32,000 nt of DNA from Aeropyrum pernix K1 (GCF_000011125.1 NC_000854.2:150001-182000); one strand, 5' to 3'. Shown: positions 8,495 through 16,379, numbered from the stretch's first letter. A program made the numbers and translations. The notes: a model not told the origin generated them from the letters alone.

Positions 8495-9880
8495 CTACCC
8501 TTCAACCCCATTGGTGCCCCGGGCCTTTTTAAGGTATTCATTGAACGGTGGTATCCTTACTGTTTGGAGCCTACCACCGGGCATCCTAACAACGGCCTCT
8601 CCGACGCCCAGCTCTACGAGCCCACCCCCGACGCCCAGCCGTGAAACTGACTCGACGTAGCCTCTGGCCTTCCCACCGAATGCTGCAACAACCCCTGCGT
8701 TAAACTCGATAGCCTCAGGCAGATCTCCTGGAGACTGTGTCGCGAAAACGCCGTATAGCCCCCGGCTCCTACCTTCCCTAGCTATACCCTCAAAGAACGA
8801 TGTCGAGCGGGAGAGCCTCCAGGCCTCGTCGACTATGAGCACAAGCCTACCCCTCCCCCCCGGCGATAAGGCGTACTCGACTAGAGAGGATGCTACCGCC
8901 TGCGCCGCAGCGTTCCTATCACTTCCCTCGAGCCGTCTTAGGCTGTAGACGGTGAGAGGGGATACAGGCGGTATGGTAGCCCCGGGGACGGGCAGCTGAC
9001 CGGTATCCCGCGGCTCTAGCAGGAAGGTTGTAAGAGGCTCAAGCAGCTCCGCCAAGTCGCCCTTAGGGTCTACGACGACAACCCCAAGAGGATCGCCTTC
9101 AACCTCTGACAGGAGCGCCAGCTGAACAGCCAGTCCGGCTAGGAGAACGGTTTTCCCCCTGCCAGTAGGGCCTACGACCAGCATGTGAGCCTCCAAATCG
9201 CGGGGCCAGCGTAAAGCGACGGGACCGCCCGTCTCAGCGGATACCCCCAGTAGGATCTCGCCTCCCCGGGGTATGCTCCCCTCAGGCCTGAACCGGGGGT
9301 TTAGGTGCCTTGCCCCCGCTTCCGCCAGGGACGCGGGAGACCAGTCGCCCGCTACAACATCGAACTTTACACCTACCTCTGCTTCGAGCATCGACTTGAA
9401 CTGTATGGCCTTACTATCGTCTGCGCCTTCCTCTATCCAGACGACTGCACCGAGCCTGCCTAGCCTGGGGGATCCCGTGGCAACGGCCTCCTTATAGAGG
9501 GACTCTAGTAGTGCAAGAGCAGACCTATACCTCCCTAGCCTTGTTGTCGAGTATTTGAATTCTACTCTCTTTATCTCCTCCTCGAGAGTCTCCACGAGCC
9601 TGGACTTCTCCACAGGTATGTAGCTGTAGAATATGGAGACTGGAGCAGGAGTCCGCATAGCAAGGGAGTATAGCCTATCTCCCAATCCCTCAACGTTCTC
9701 CGGATTATCTCTAGCTAGAAGGACAACGGGCCTCCTCGAGCCTTCCTCACCCTCAACCCTGAGGAGCTTACCAGCCCTCCGTGACAGTATTGCAGCCCTG
9801 TTCGACAAGGTTTTCCTATATAGCAAGCCGGCCGCCGCTGACATTATTATGATTGTTACTATATCTATTGCGCCAGGCAC
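8495..9880 (-). CDS. cedB: membrane-anchored FtsK/HerA/VirB4-type P-loop ATPase (CedB-like)
   Basis: N-terminal hydrophobic helix IDIVTIIIMSAAAGLLY. Walker A GPTGRGKT (9149..9172), VVVDPKGD, Walker B LVLIVDEAW (about 8825..8850) and FATQSPGDL. The GTG start lies 20 nt after the stop of the upstream membrane gene. Confidence 0.8.
   Translation of the reverse strand: MPGAIDIVTIIIMSAAAGLLYRKTLSNRAAILSRRAGKLLRVEGEEGSRRPVVLLARDNPENVEGLGDRLYSLAMRTPAPVSIFYSYIPVEKSRLVETLEEEIKRVEFKYSTTRLGRYRSALALLESLYKEAVATGSPRLGRLGAVVWIEEGADDSKAIQFKSMLEAEVGVKFDVVAGDWSPASLAEAGARHLNPRFRPEGSIPRGGEILLGVSAETGGPVALRWPRDLEAHMLVVGPTGRGKTVLLAGLAVQLALLSEVEGDPLGVVVVDPKGDLAELLEPLTTFLLEPRDTGQLPVPGATIPPVSPLTVYSLRRLEGSDRNAAAQAVASSLVEYALSPGGRGRLVLIVDEAWRLSRSTSFFEGIAREGRSRGLYGVFATQSPGDLPEAIEFNAGVVAAFGGKARGYVESVSRLGVGGGLVELGVGEAVVRMPGGRLQTVRIPPFNEYLKKARGTNGVEG
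8526..8532 (-). promoter_or_regulatory. candidate TATA element for rpl2, embedded in the last codons of the upstream ATPase gene
   Basis: The minus strand reads ATACCTTAAAAAGGCC (codons YLKKA of the ATPase). TTAAAAA is centred about 47 nt upstream of the rpl2 ATG, which would leave a ~20-nt leader containing GGAGG. Confidence 0.3.
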
Positions 9881-9900
9881 GCCAAACCCCCCAGCTATCC

Positions 9901-11259
9901 CTACATAATCTTGAGTCTCAGCCTGGCGCCTCCGCCCAGCAGTCTAGCCAAGCCTGTAGTCGCCACTAGGAGGATTGACAGGTACATGCCCGGGAGGGTT
10001 ATGTAATAGACTATTATCATCTTTAAAACGTCGAGCGTTATATAGTCTAGGAGGCTAACTAGCGTCTCGGAATAATCCTTTGCAATCCTCTCTAAACCGG
10101 CGTCAGCGTCACAGTCCCCCCACTTCTCCACCCAAACTACTATCCTTCCCTCCCCACTGGGCTCTACATAGACATACTCTCCCTTCAGCCCCTCCCATGT
10201 CCAGCTGCCCTCGCCCCTCACATCACCCTCTCTGACACTATATTGGGGTTTACAGCCCTCTAGCCAAGCTATCTCAACGTAGTCTCCATCCTTCAGCCCC
10301 TCCCAGCTGGCGACAACTCCCTCCTCTCCCTCGGTAACTCTGGCTGGCTGTTTGCTTCCATACACCATAACACTCTCTCCCCCCATGAAGGCTATGTGGG
10401 GAACGTGCAGTTCGATGCTTGTTCCAGCGGTCGACGTGTCTAGGGCTGGCGGGTCAGGCTTGAAAGTGACTCCCATATACTCGAGTGTGAACGAGACCAG
10501 GCCGAGGGGTGCCTGCACCCTGGGGATCTTGACGAGTGAACTGTAGGCTACTCCGCCTTTAACTACGTAGCTCGCCACCTCCTCACCCCCGCTGTGGATT
10601 CTTAATAGACCTGCCTCTACTACCCCGCTGCTGCTTGTAACGGTAATCCTACCAACCCATACGCCCTCAGCTCCAGCCACAGCCGGAGGGTCTCCTATGG
10701 ATTCGACGAAAAGGGGGAGAGCGGGTAGGGCTGCGTTAAACACTATGACAAAGGCTATAAGCCAGGCCCCCGCTGGCTTGGCCACCCTGAAGGGTACTGC
10801 ATAGAGGAGGACGCCCAGGCTGAGAAGGATCTGACTATATCCGAGTAGATACTTAAGCCCCAGGACTGTGGCCGCTAGGAGAGTGACGGCCCAGGAGAGC
10901 TCGTCCATAACCGACGCTGCGGCAGAAGCAAGAGGCTTGAGAGCCTCGAGAGGGTCGGGGAGGCTAGTTACTAAGCTGGAAAGCGCCTTCAGGGAAGCGG
11001 CAAAAACGACTGCGTCAAAGAGCCAGGCGTCCAGCTGGGGCCAAGAACCGCCTATAAGGAGCTGGAGGTAGCCAGCTACTGCGATTAGCGCCGCAGCCGT
11101 AAGTGCTAGGAGAGCCGCTATTAGAGAGTCCTCGACCAGCGTTGACGCCCACCTCTTTATAGAAGAAGCGGGGATGGGTGCAGCGTAGATAAGTACTCCA
11201 AGGTAGAATCCAAGCATAGCAAGCTTGAACGCCAGTAGTTGGAGGTCACCACCCTCCAC
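9901..11259 (-). CDS. cedA: polytopic membrane protein (6 N-terminal TM helices, ~210-aa soluble beta-rich insert, 1 C-terminal TM); VirB6-like/CedA-like
   Basis: By eye, hydrophobic stretches lie at aa 8-27, 44-68, 78-98, 121-140, 142-157, 164-184 and 412-435. Residues ~190-400 are hydrophilic and rich in V/G/E/S/T. The GTG start is 5 nt after the stop of the small pilin-like gene. Confidence 0.7.
   Translation of the reverse strand: MEGGDLQLLAFKLAMLGFYLGVLIYAAPIPASSIKRWASTLVEDSLIAALLALTAAALIAVAGYLQLLIGGSWPQLDAWLFDAVVFAASLKALSSLVTSLPDPLEALKPLASAAASVMDELSWAVTLLAATVLGLKYLLGYSQILLSLGVLLYAVPFRVAKPAGAWLIAFVIVFNAALPALPLFVESIGDPPAVAGAEGVWVGRITVTSSSGVVEAGLLRIHSGGEEVASYVVKGGVAYSSLVKIPRVQAPLGLVSFTLEYMGVTFKPDPPALDTSTAGTSIELHVPHIAFMGGESVMVYGSKQPARVTEGEEGVVASWEGLKDGDYVEIAWLEGCKPQYSVREGDVRGEGSWTWEGLKGEYVYVEPSGEGRIVVWVEKWGDCDADAGLERIAKDYSETLVSLLDYITLDVLKMIIVYYITLPGMYLSILLVATTGLARLLGGGARLRLKIM
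10182..10305 (-). repeat. exact 16-nt direct repeat ccttcagcccctccca (10182..10197 and 10290..10305), 108 nt apart, inside the cedA-like gene
   Basis: Read directly from the sequence. The copies encode the duplicated peptide W(E)GLK(D)G..Y: SWEGLKDGDYVEI at aa 318-330 and TWEGLKGEYVYVE at aa 354-366, exactly 36 codons apart. Confidence 0.9.
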
Positions 11260-11264
11260 GGCAG

Positions 11265-11528
11265 CTAACCTCCGCCGAGGAGGACCTCGTTCACAATGCC
11301 CGCCAGCCTAACTATCACGGCGAACACGGTAGTCCCTAGAGCCAGCCAGAGAGCCGCCCACATCGAGTCCTCAATAAGGCTGTTGCCGACCCGCTTAATC
11401 CTAGACGAGGGGATCGGGCTCCCCCTAAGCGTCCACCCTATACTCCAGGAGAGGAGGAAGAGGGCCCATGCCAACGCCGTAAGCTTCCCCGTCAGGTCCT
11501 CAACCATCTGCACTATGTCTGCAGCCAT
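11265..11528 (-). CDS. cedA1: 87-aa two-helix membrane protein, VirB2/TraA-pilin-like (CedA1-like)
   Basis: Two hydrophobic helices (LTALAWALFLLSWSIGWTL and MWAALWLALGTTVFAVIVRLAGIV) are joined by a basic loop (RGSPIPSSRIKRVGN). It is the first gene of a tightly spaced three-gene array and has an ATG start. Confidence 0.65.
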   Translation of the reverse strand: MAADIVQMVEDLTGKLTALAWALFLLSWSIGWTLRGSPIPSSRIKRVGNSLIEDSMWAALWLALGTTVFAVIVRLAGIVNEVLLGGG

Positions 11529-11596
11529 ACGCCCCCCCAGTAGAGTGGAGTTAGTGAGGTCCTGTGGGTGGGGGGTGTCGGACGTGTGTGCGGGTC

Positions 11597-11621
11597 GAGT
11601 AAAAGTTTGGCTTGAGTAAAA
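11597..11621 (-). promoter_or_regulatory. two copies of TTTTACTC (minus sense) 17 nt apart, in the spacer upstream of the pilin-like gene
   Basis: gagtaaaa occurs at 11597..11604 and 11614..11621 on the + strand. These are the only AT-rich elements in the 103-nt spacer between the prpB-like stop (11632) and the cedA1-like ATG (11528). They could be TATA/BRE elements, an operator, or a T-tract terminator for the upstream gene. Confidence 0.3.
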
Positions 11622-11631
11622 CGTGGGGGGC

Positions 11632-12588
11632 TTAACCAGTCCGGGAGTTATTGTGTCTAGCCAGAAGCTCCTCTGCCTTCCTGCTCACCTCAGCATCCCT
11701 CTTCTCGTAGTCATGGTAACCTATGAGGTCGTAGAACTCGGTTCTAGTGTATAGCTTATCGAGTATGTCTTTCTGTGTGCCCTTCTCCATTATCTCCCTG
11801 AGAACGGTTTCGGAAGCCTTTAGTGACGCCCTGAACGTTGTAACAGGGAATATGACAATCTTGTAACCCGCCTCTCTGAACTGGTCTACAGTAATATACG
11901 GTGTCTTACCGAACTCCGTCATGTTAGCGAGCAGAGGAGCTTTAACCCTCCTGGCGAACTCCCTAAACTCTTCAAGACTGGTAAGCGCCTCTGGGAATAT
12001 AATGTCTGCTCCAGCCTCGACGTATAGCTGTGCCCTCTCAACCGCCTTCTCGAACCCCTCAACACCCCTCGCATCCGTTCTAGCCACTATCAAGGCATCC
12101 CTCCTGGCCCCTACTGCTGCAATAATTTTCTTCACCATGTCCTCAGGACTGATAAGCGCCTTCCCCTGCAGGTGGCCGCATTTCTTCGGCATAACCTGGT
12201 CCTCTATCTGTATGGCCGCTGCCCCCGCCCTCTCGAGCTCCCTCACAGTCCTCTCAACGTTGATAGCCTCCCCAAATCCCGTGTCGGCATCAACGATGAC
12301 AGGAACCCTGACAACGCGAGTTATATAACTTGTGAACATGGCCAGTTCGCTCAGAGTTATGAGTCCGAGATCGGGCATGGCCAAACTCCCTGTTATCGCC
12401 GCTCCCGAGAGGTAAAGGGCCTCAAACCCCATCCTCTCAGCGAGCAGGGCCACCGCGGGGTTGTAGACCCCCGGCGCCACCACAATATCGCGTTTCTCGA
12501 TAAGCTCCCTCAACACTAACCCTGGCCTCTCCAAAGGCTCCCTATAGAGAAACGCCATGTTTAGACACCCCAAGTATGGTGTGGCCAC
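11632..12588 (-). CDS. prpB: isocitrate lyase/PEP mutase superfamily enzyme, most like 2-methylisocitrate lyase
   Basis: Diagnostic KKCGHLQGK, DADTGFG and EDQV motifs, and a ~300-aa length. The start is ambiguous: GTG at 12588 or ATG at 12558 (MAFLYREPL...). Confidence 0.75.
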   Translation of the reverse strand: MATPYLGCLNMAFLYREPLERPGLVLRELIEKRDIVVAPGVYNPAVALLAERMGFEALYLSGAAITGSLAMPDLGLITLSELAMFTSYITRVVRVPVIVDADTGFGEAINVERTVRELERAGAAAIQIEDQVMPKKCGHLQGKALISPEDMVKKIIAAVGARRDALIVARTDARGVEGFEKAVERAQLYVEAGADIIFPEALTSLEEFREFARRVKAPLLANMTEFGKTPYITVDQFREAGYKIVIFPVTTFRASLKASETVLREIMEKGTQKDILDKLYTRTEFYDLIGYHDYEKRDAEVSRKAEELLARHNNSRTG

Positions 12589-12872
12589 CCGGAGGTTTAA
12601 AGCAAGCGACAGCTCCAGCTGTTATTAGGCTGCAGCAACATTTGGAAGTGTGGGTGGATTGATATGGGTGGTAGGCAGAAGACTACGCTATTCATGGACA
12701 CCTCCAAGCGGGGAGAAGAACAGAGAGAACAGCAGCAGAAGAAGGGGAAGAAGAGTAAGGGATAGCACAGCTGCGTCTGTAGGCTCTTGGAGCAACAGCG
12801 TTTTTTGCACCAGCCATCAGCCCCAAAATACCTCCTGGACACGACGAGTTGGGAGGGCGTGACGAGAGTCTA

Positions 12873-13766
12873 ATGCAGGGCTGGTGCAGCGTTATGGACA
12901 GCAGCTCCACTTGTTTCGAATGGCCGTCTAGGAGGAGGCATAACCCTCTTGCCGTGGCCCTCCCCTCCAGCATACTCAGGGTAGAGCCAACGCTGCTTCT
13001 AAAGACGCTCAAGGCAGGGCAGATAGGGAGAGTTGCGGCCATCTACCGGGTGGACGAAATAGCTGTTTTTGAGGACCCAGACTCCTCGCCACGCCTATCG
13101 AGGCTTCTCCAACTCCTCCTCAACTACCAGGCTACACCGCCCCATCTGAAGAAGAGGGTTTTCCCCTTAAGGAGAGAGCTCAAGTACGCCTCCCTGATGC
13201 CGCCGCTTAAGATACCGAGCCACACCGTGCCGGCGGAACCTAAGGTGGGCGCCATACTGGATGGGTATGTTGAATCTTGTAGCGGTAAATCGTGTAGGGT
13301 GTTCCTGGGAAGCATGGGCTATGGAGTTCTAAGGGGTAGGGCGAGGCCGGGAGATGTAGTTACCGTGAGAATAGGCGAGATAAGTGGCGGCAGAATCGTC
13401 CTTGAGAAGGCCTCCTGGGGCGAACTATACTACGGGTTCTCAGTCTCGCGGTTCAAACGTCTTGAGGAGGCGGTCACGAGTTTTAGGAGGCGGGGGTATA
13501 GAGTCGTAGCTACAGACAAAAATGGCCTATGCCCGCCCGAATCCTGGAAGATCCTCGCCGAGATTCCCTCCGCTAAAACTCTCGTCGTTTTCGGCGGGCC
13601 CTACAAGGGGGTTCTAGAGTATACTAACCCGTATCTGTATGACGGCGTTGTCAACGTGATACCCCGTCAGGGAACAGAGACGGTGAGGACAGAGGAAGCA
13701 CTGTTAGCCACACTAGAGGCTATAAGCGTCCTCGAATCTCTCCGACAGTCCTCCGGACAGGAGTGA
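12873..13766 (+). CDS. DUF171/COG2106-type putative SPOUT RNA methyltransferase
   Basis: LAVALPSSILRVEPTLLLKTLKAGQIGRVAAIYRVDEIAVFED and the C-terminal NVIPRQGTETVRTEEALLATL match the family pattern as I remember it. The start is uncertain: TTG 12849, ATG 12873 or ATG 12894. Confidence 0.65.
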   Translation: MQGWCSVMDSSSTCFEWPSRRRHNPLAVALPSSILRVEPTLLLKTLKAGQIGRVAAIYRVDEIAVFEDPDSSPRLSRLLQLLLNYQATPPHLKKRVFPLRRELKYASLMPPLKIPSHTVPAEPKVGAILDGYVESCSGKSCRVFLGSMGYGVLRGRARPGDVVTVRIGEISGGRIVLEKASWGELYYGFSVSRFKRLEEAVTSFRRRGYRVVATDKNGLCPPESWKILAEIPSAKTLVVFGGPYKGVLEYTNPYLYDGVVNVIPRQGTETVRTEEALLATLEAISVLESLRQSSGQE

Positions 13767-14006
13767 TTCGGAGGCCTCACCGGCTCACACGCTCCAACAG
13801 CCTTAGACTAGACGCCAGCATAACGGCCGCGCCACCCCCCGTCTATCTTAGGCTGGTGAGGAAGCTTTCTGTATAAAAACGTGGGCCCGAGATACTGGCG
13901 GCCCCGGTCGTTTTGGAAGCGATCATAGTGAGGCGCTCGCGTGGGTGGGGTTGTGATGGGTGTGCCCTGGAGGTAACACTATGTCACTATAATAGGCTTG
14001 AACGCG

Positions 14007-14030
14007 AGACTCCCTTTCTAGCGGGAGTCT
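14007..14030 (+). promoter_or_regulatory. perfect 8-bp inverted repeat (AGACTCCC-N8-GGGAGTCT) 17 nt upstream of the rpl3 start codon
   Basis: Read directly. TATA-like CTATAATAGG lies at 13987..13996 and TATAAAAA at 13872..13879, so the palindrome is either at the transcription start or inside a 5' leader. Confidence 0.35.
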
Positions 14031-14047
14031 AGCCAGGGTGCTCTACA

Positions 14048-15082
14048 GTGGGAGCTAGGAAGAAGAGAGCGCCAAGGAGAGGTAGCCTGGGCTTCTCGCC
14101 CAGGAAGAGGGCGTCGAGGCTTGTGCCCAGGGTTAAGAGATGGCCTGAAGTCGATATTGGCAAGCCTGTACCCCTCGCATTCCTCGGGTACAGGGCTGGC
14201 ATGACCCACGTGTTCATGGTTGACGACAGGCCTGGGAGGCCGACAAGCGGGAAGGAGATATTCGTGCCAGTAACTATTGTGGAGACCCCGCCCATGTTTG
14301 TGGCTGCAGTGAGACTCTACGGTTACGACCCCAACAGGGGCCGCTACAGTCTGGGGGAGGCGTGGGCTCAGCCTCCTCCAGAACTAGAACTCCAGAGGAG
14401 GATCTCCACCCTAGGCTCCTTCGACACTGATAAGATGCTGAAGAGTCTGGAGGAGAGGCTTGACAAGGCCGAGGACGTCAGGCTGATAGCAGCCAGCCAG
14501 CCAAAGCTTGCTGGCGGTTTGAGCAAGAAGAAGCCCGACCTTCTGGAGATAAAAGTAGGCGGTGTGAGCGACGTTACCAAGCTCTTCGACTATGCAAAGG
14601 ATGTCCTAGGCAACCTAATAGCAGTTAACGACGTTTTCGAGGAAGGCCAGCTCGTCGACGTCATCGCCGTGACGAAGGGGAAAGGGTTCCAAGGCGTAAT
14701 CAAGAGGTGGGGCGTCAAGGAGCTTCCAAGGTGGCACAAGCATAGGAAGGGTAGCAGAAGGATAGGGGCGAGGAGCCACGGTAGGAGCACATTCTGGGAA
14801 ACCCCCCAGGCAGGCCAGACCGGATTCCACAGGAGGACGGAGTATAACAAGAGGATATTGATGATAGACGACGACGGCTACAAGGTGACCCCTGCAGGCG
14901 GGTTCCTTAGGTACGGTGTTGTTAGGAGTACATTTGTAATGCTGTCGGGCAGCATACCCGGAACGCCTAAGAGGCCCATTGTGATGAGGTGGGCTATAAG
15001 ACCTCCGGAGTGGTACCTGAAGCTCGGCGTTAGAAAGCCCGAGATAACCTATATAAGCCTTGCAAGCAAGCAGGGCGTCTAG
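14048..15082 (+). CDS. rpl3: 50S ribosomal protein L3 (uL3)
   Basis: MGARKKRAPRRGSLGFSPRKRA..., VTKGKGFQGVIKRWG and HRKGSRRIGARSHG are diagnostic. GTG start. Confidence 0.95.
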   Translation: MGARKKRAPRRGSLGFSPRKRASRLVPRVKRWPEVDIGKPVPLAFLGYRAGMTHVFMVDDRPGRPTSGKEIFVPVTIVETPPMFVAAVRLYGYDPNRGRYSLGEAWAQPPPELELQRRISTLGSFDTDKMLKSLEERLDKAEDVRLIAASQPKLAGGLSKKKPDLLEIKVGGVSDVTKLFDYAKDVLGNLIAVNDVFEEGQLVDVIAVTKGKGFQGVIKRWGVKELPRWHKHRKGSRRIGARSHGRSTFWETPQAGQTGFHRRTEYNKRILMIDDDGYKVTPAGGFLRYGVVRSTFVMLSGSIPGTPKRPIVMRWAIRPPEWYLKLGVRKPEITYISLASKQGV

Positions 15083-15109
15083 ACCTCGGCGGTACCGCGG
15101 AGGTGAAGT

Positions 15110-15931
15110 GTGATGGCTTACACATATATGACACTGTATATGGAGCAGGAGAAGATAGTTCCTGTCTACGACGAGAGGGGAGGAGAGAAGGACTCTGTAG
15201 TCCTCCCCCAGATCTTCCGCTTCCCCGTACGCAAGGACCTCATACGAAGGGCCTTCCTAAGCGAGTTCACAGCCAGGCTACAGCCCAAGGGCAGAGATCC
15301 AATGGCAGGAAAGAGGACGAGCGCTGTAAGCCTGGGAGTCGGCCGGGGCGTCGCCCGTGTCCCAAGGATTAAGGGGAGTCTGAGGGCAGCCCTTGTCAAC
15401 ATGGCGCGCGGCGGCAGGGCTGCCCATCCGCCCCGTGTCGAGAAGGTCCTGAAGGAGTATATAAATAAGAAGGAGAAGAGGCTTGCAACTATAAGCGCTA
15501 TATCGGCTACCTCCAGGGAGGACCTGGTAAGGCAGCGCGGCCACAGGTTCAGCGCCGAGACTCTACCTATAGTCCTAGATTCCAGTGTGCTTGCCAAGAT
15601 CTCAACGGCGAGGGAAGCCAGATCCCTGCTAGAGTCCGTGGGAGTCTACGAAGACGTACTCCGCGCTAAAGAGGGGAAAAGGTATAACGCGGGTAAGGGT
15701 AAGATGAGGGGGAGAAGGTATAAGGTGCCGAAGAGTGTCCTCTTCGTGCTAGAAGACCCAAGATCGCCACTGGCACTTGCCGTAAAAGGCATGCCTGGAG
15801 TAGACGTAGTAACTCCCACGCTTCTAAGCGTCCTACACCTAGCCCCCGGGGGCCATCCCGGCAGGCTAACAATATACACTACAGAAGCGCTTAAGCTCTT
15901 AAGCAGGAGGTTCGAGGTGACTCTACCATGA
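15110..15931 (+). CDS. rpl4: 50S ribosomal protein L4 (uL4)
   Basis: [34 protein letters not shown] and [14 protein letters not shown] fit archaeal uL4. GGAGGTGA at 15099..15106 favours the ATG at 15113 over the GTG at 15110. Confidence 0.9.
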   Translation: MMAYTYMTLYMEQEKIVPVYDERGGEKDSVVLPQIFRFPVRKDLIRRAFLSEFTARLQPKGRDPMAGKRTSAVSLGVGRGVARVPRIKGSLRAALVNMARGGRAAHPPRVEKVLKEYINKKEKRLATISAISATSREDLVRQRGHRFSAETLPIVLDSSVLAKISTAREARSLLESVGVYEDVLRAKEGKRYNAGKGKMRGRRYKVPKSVLFVLEDPRSPLALAVKGMPGVDVVTPTLLSVLHLAPGGHPGRLTIYTTEALKLLSRRFEVTLP

Positions 15932-16188
15932 AGCCTGAGGAGGTAATAATTAGGGTATACGTAACGGAGAAGACCACTAGGATGCTCGAAGAGGAGAACA
16001 CCCTGACATTCATAGTAAGGAGGGAGGCCACGAAAAACGATGTGAAAAGGGCCGTGGAACAGCTCTTCGGGGTGAAGGTGGAGAAAGTTCGCACCCTCAT
16101 AACGCCGCGCGGATATAAGAAGGCTTACGTCAAGCTAGCGCCAGAGTATAAGGCCCTCGATGTGGCCACGAAGCTAGGAGCAGTATAG
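15928..16188 (+). CDS. rpl23: 50S ribosomal protein L23 (uL23)
   Basis: [59 protein letters not shown] is typical uL23. An ATGA overlap couples it to rpl4. Confidence 0.92.
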   Translation: MKPEEVIIRVYVTEKTTRMLEEENTLTFIVRREATKNDVKRAVEQLFGVKVEKVRTLITPRGYKKAYVKLAPEYKALDVATKLGAV

Positions 16189-16215
16189 CTCATACCATCC
16201 CTAATCCTCTCTTCA

Positions 16216-16220
16216 TTTTT
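16216..16220 (+). terminator. T5 tract 28 nt after the rpl23 stop; candidate archaeal oligo-T terminator
   Basis: cttcatttttagc. No + strand gene follows, and the next gene is convergent. Confidence 0.3.
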
Positions 16221-16379
16221 AGCAGTGATTTGCGCATCAACTAGCCCTAGCGACACCCTGCCCCGGCCTCTTGGAAGTCTATCTCAACACAATTACCAGT
16301 GTCCCGAAGAACTGGGAATCAAGGACAATCGAGAGGGAAAGAATATTGCTGCTAGAGCAGGAGCATTGTCCGAGCGCCT

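Noticed and set aside
12597-12872. Coding potential or a small RNA in the prpB/SPOUT divergent spacer (70-aa and 81-aa ORFs, ~55-nt polypurine run around 12715..12770, T6 at 12801..12806)
   Set aside because: The ORF translations are low-complexity (Arg/Ser-rich or Cys/Phe-rich) mirror images of the purine tract. There is no convincing promoter-terminator pair or stable helix. It is most simply a bidirectional promoter region.
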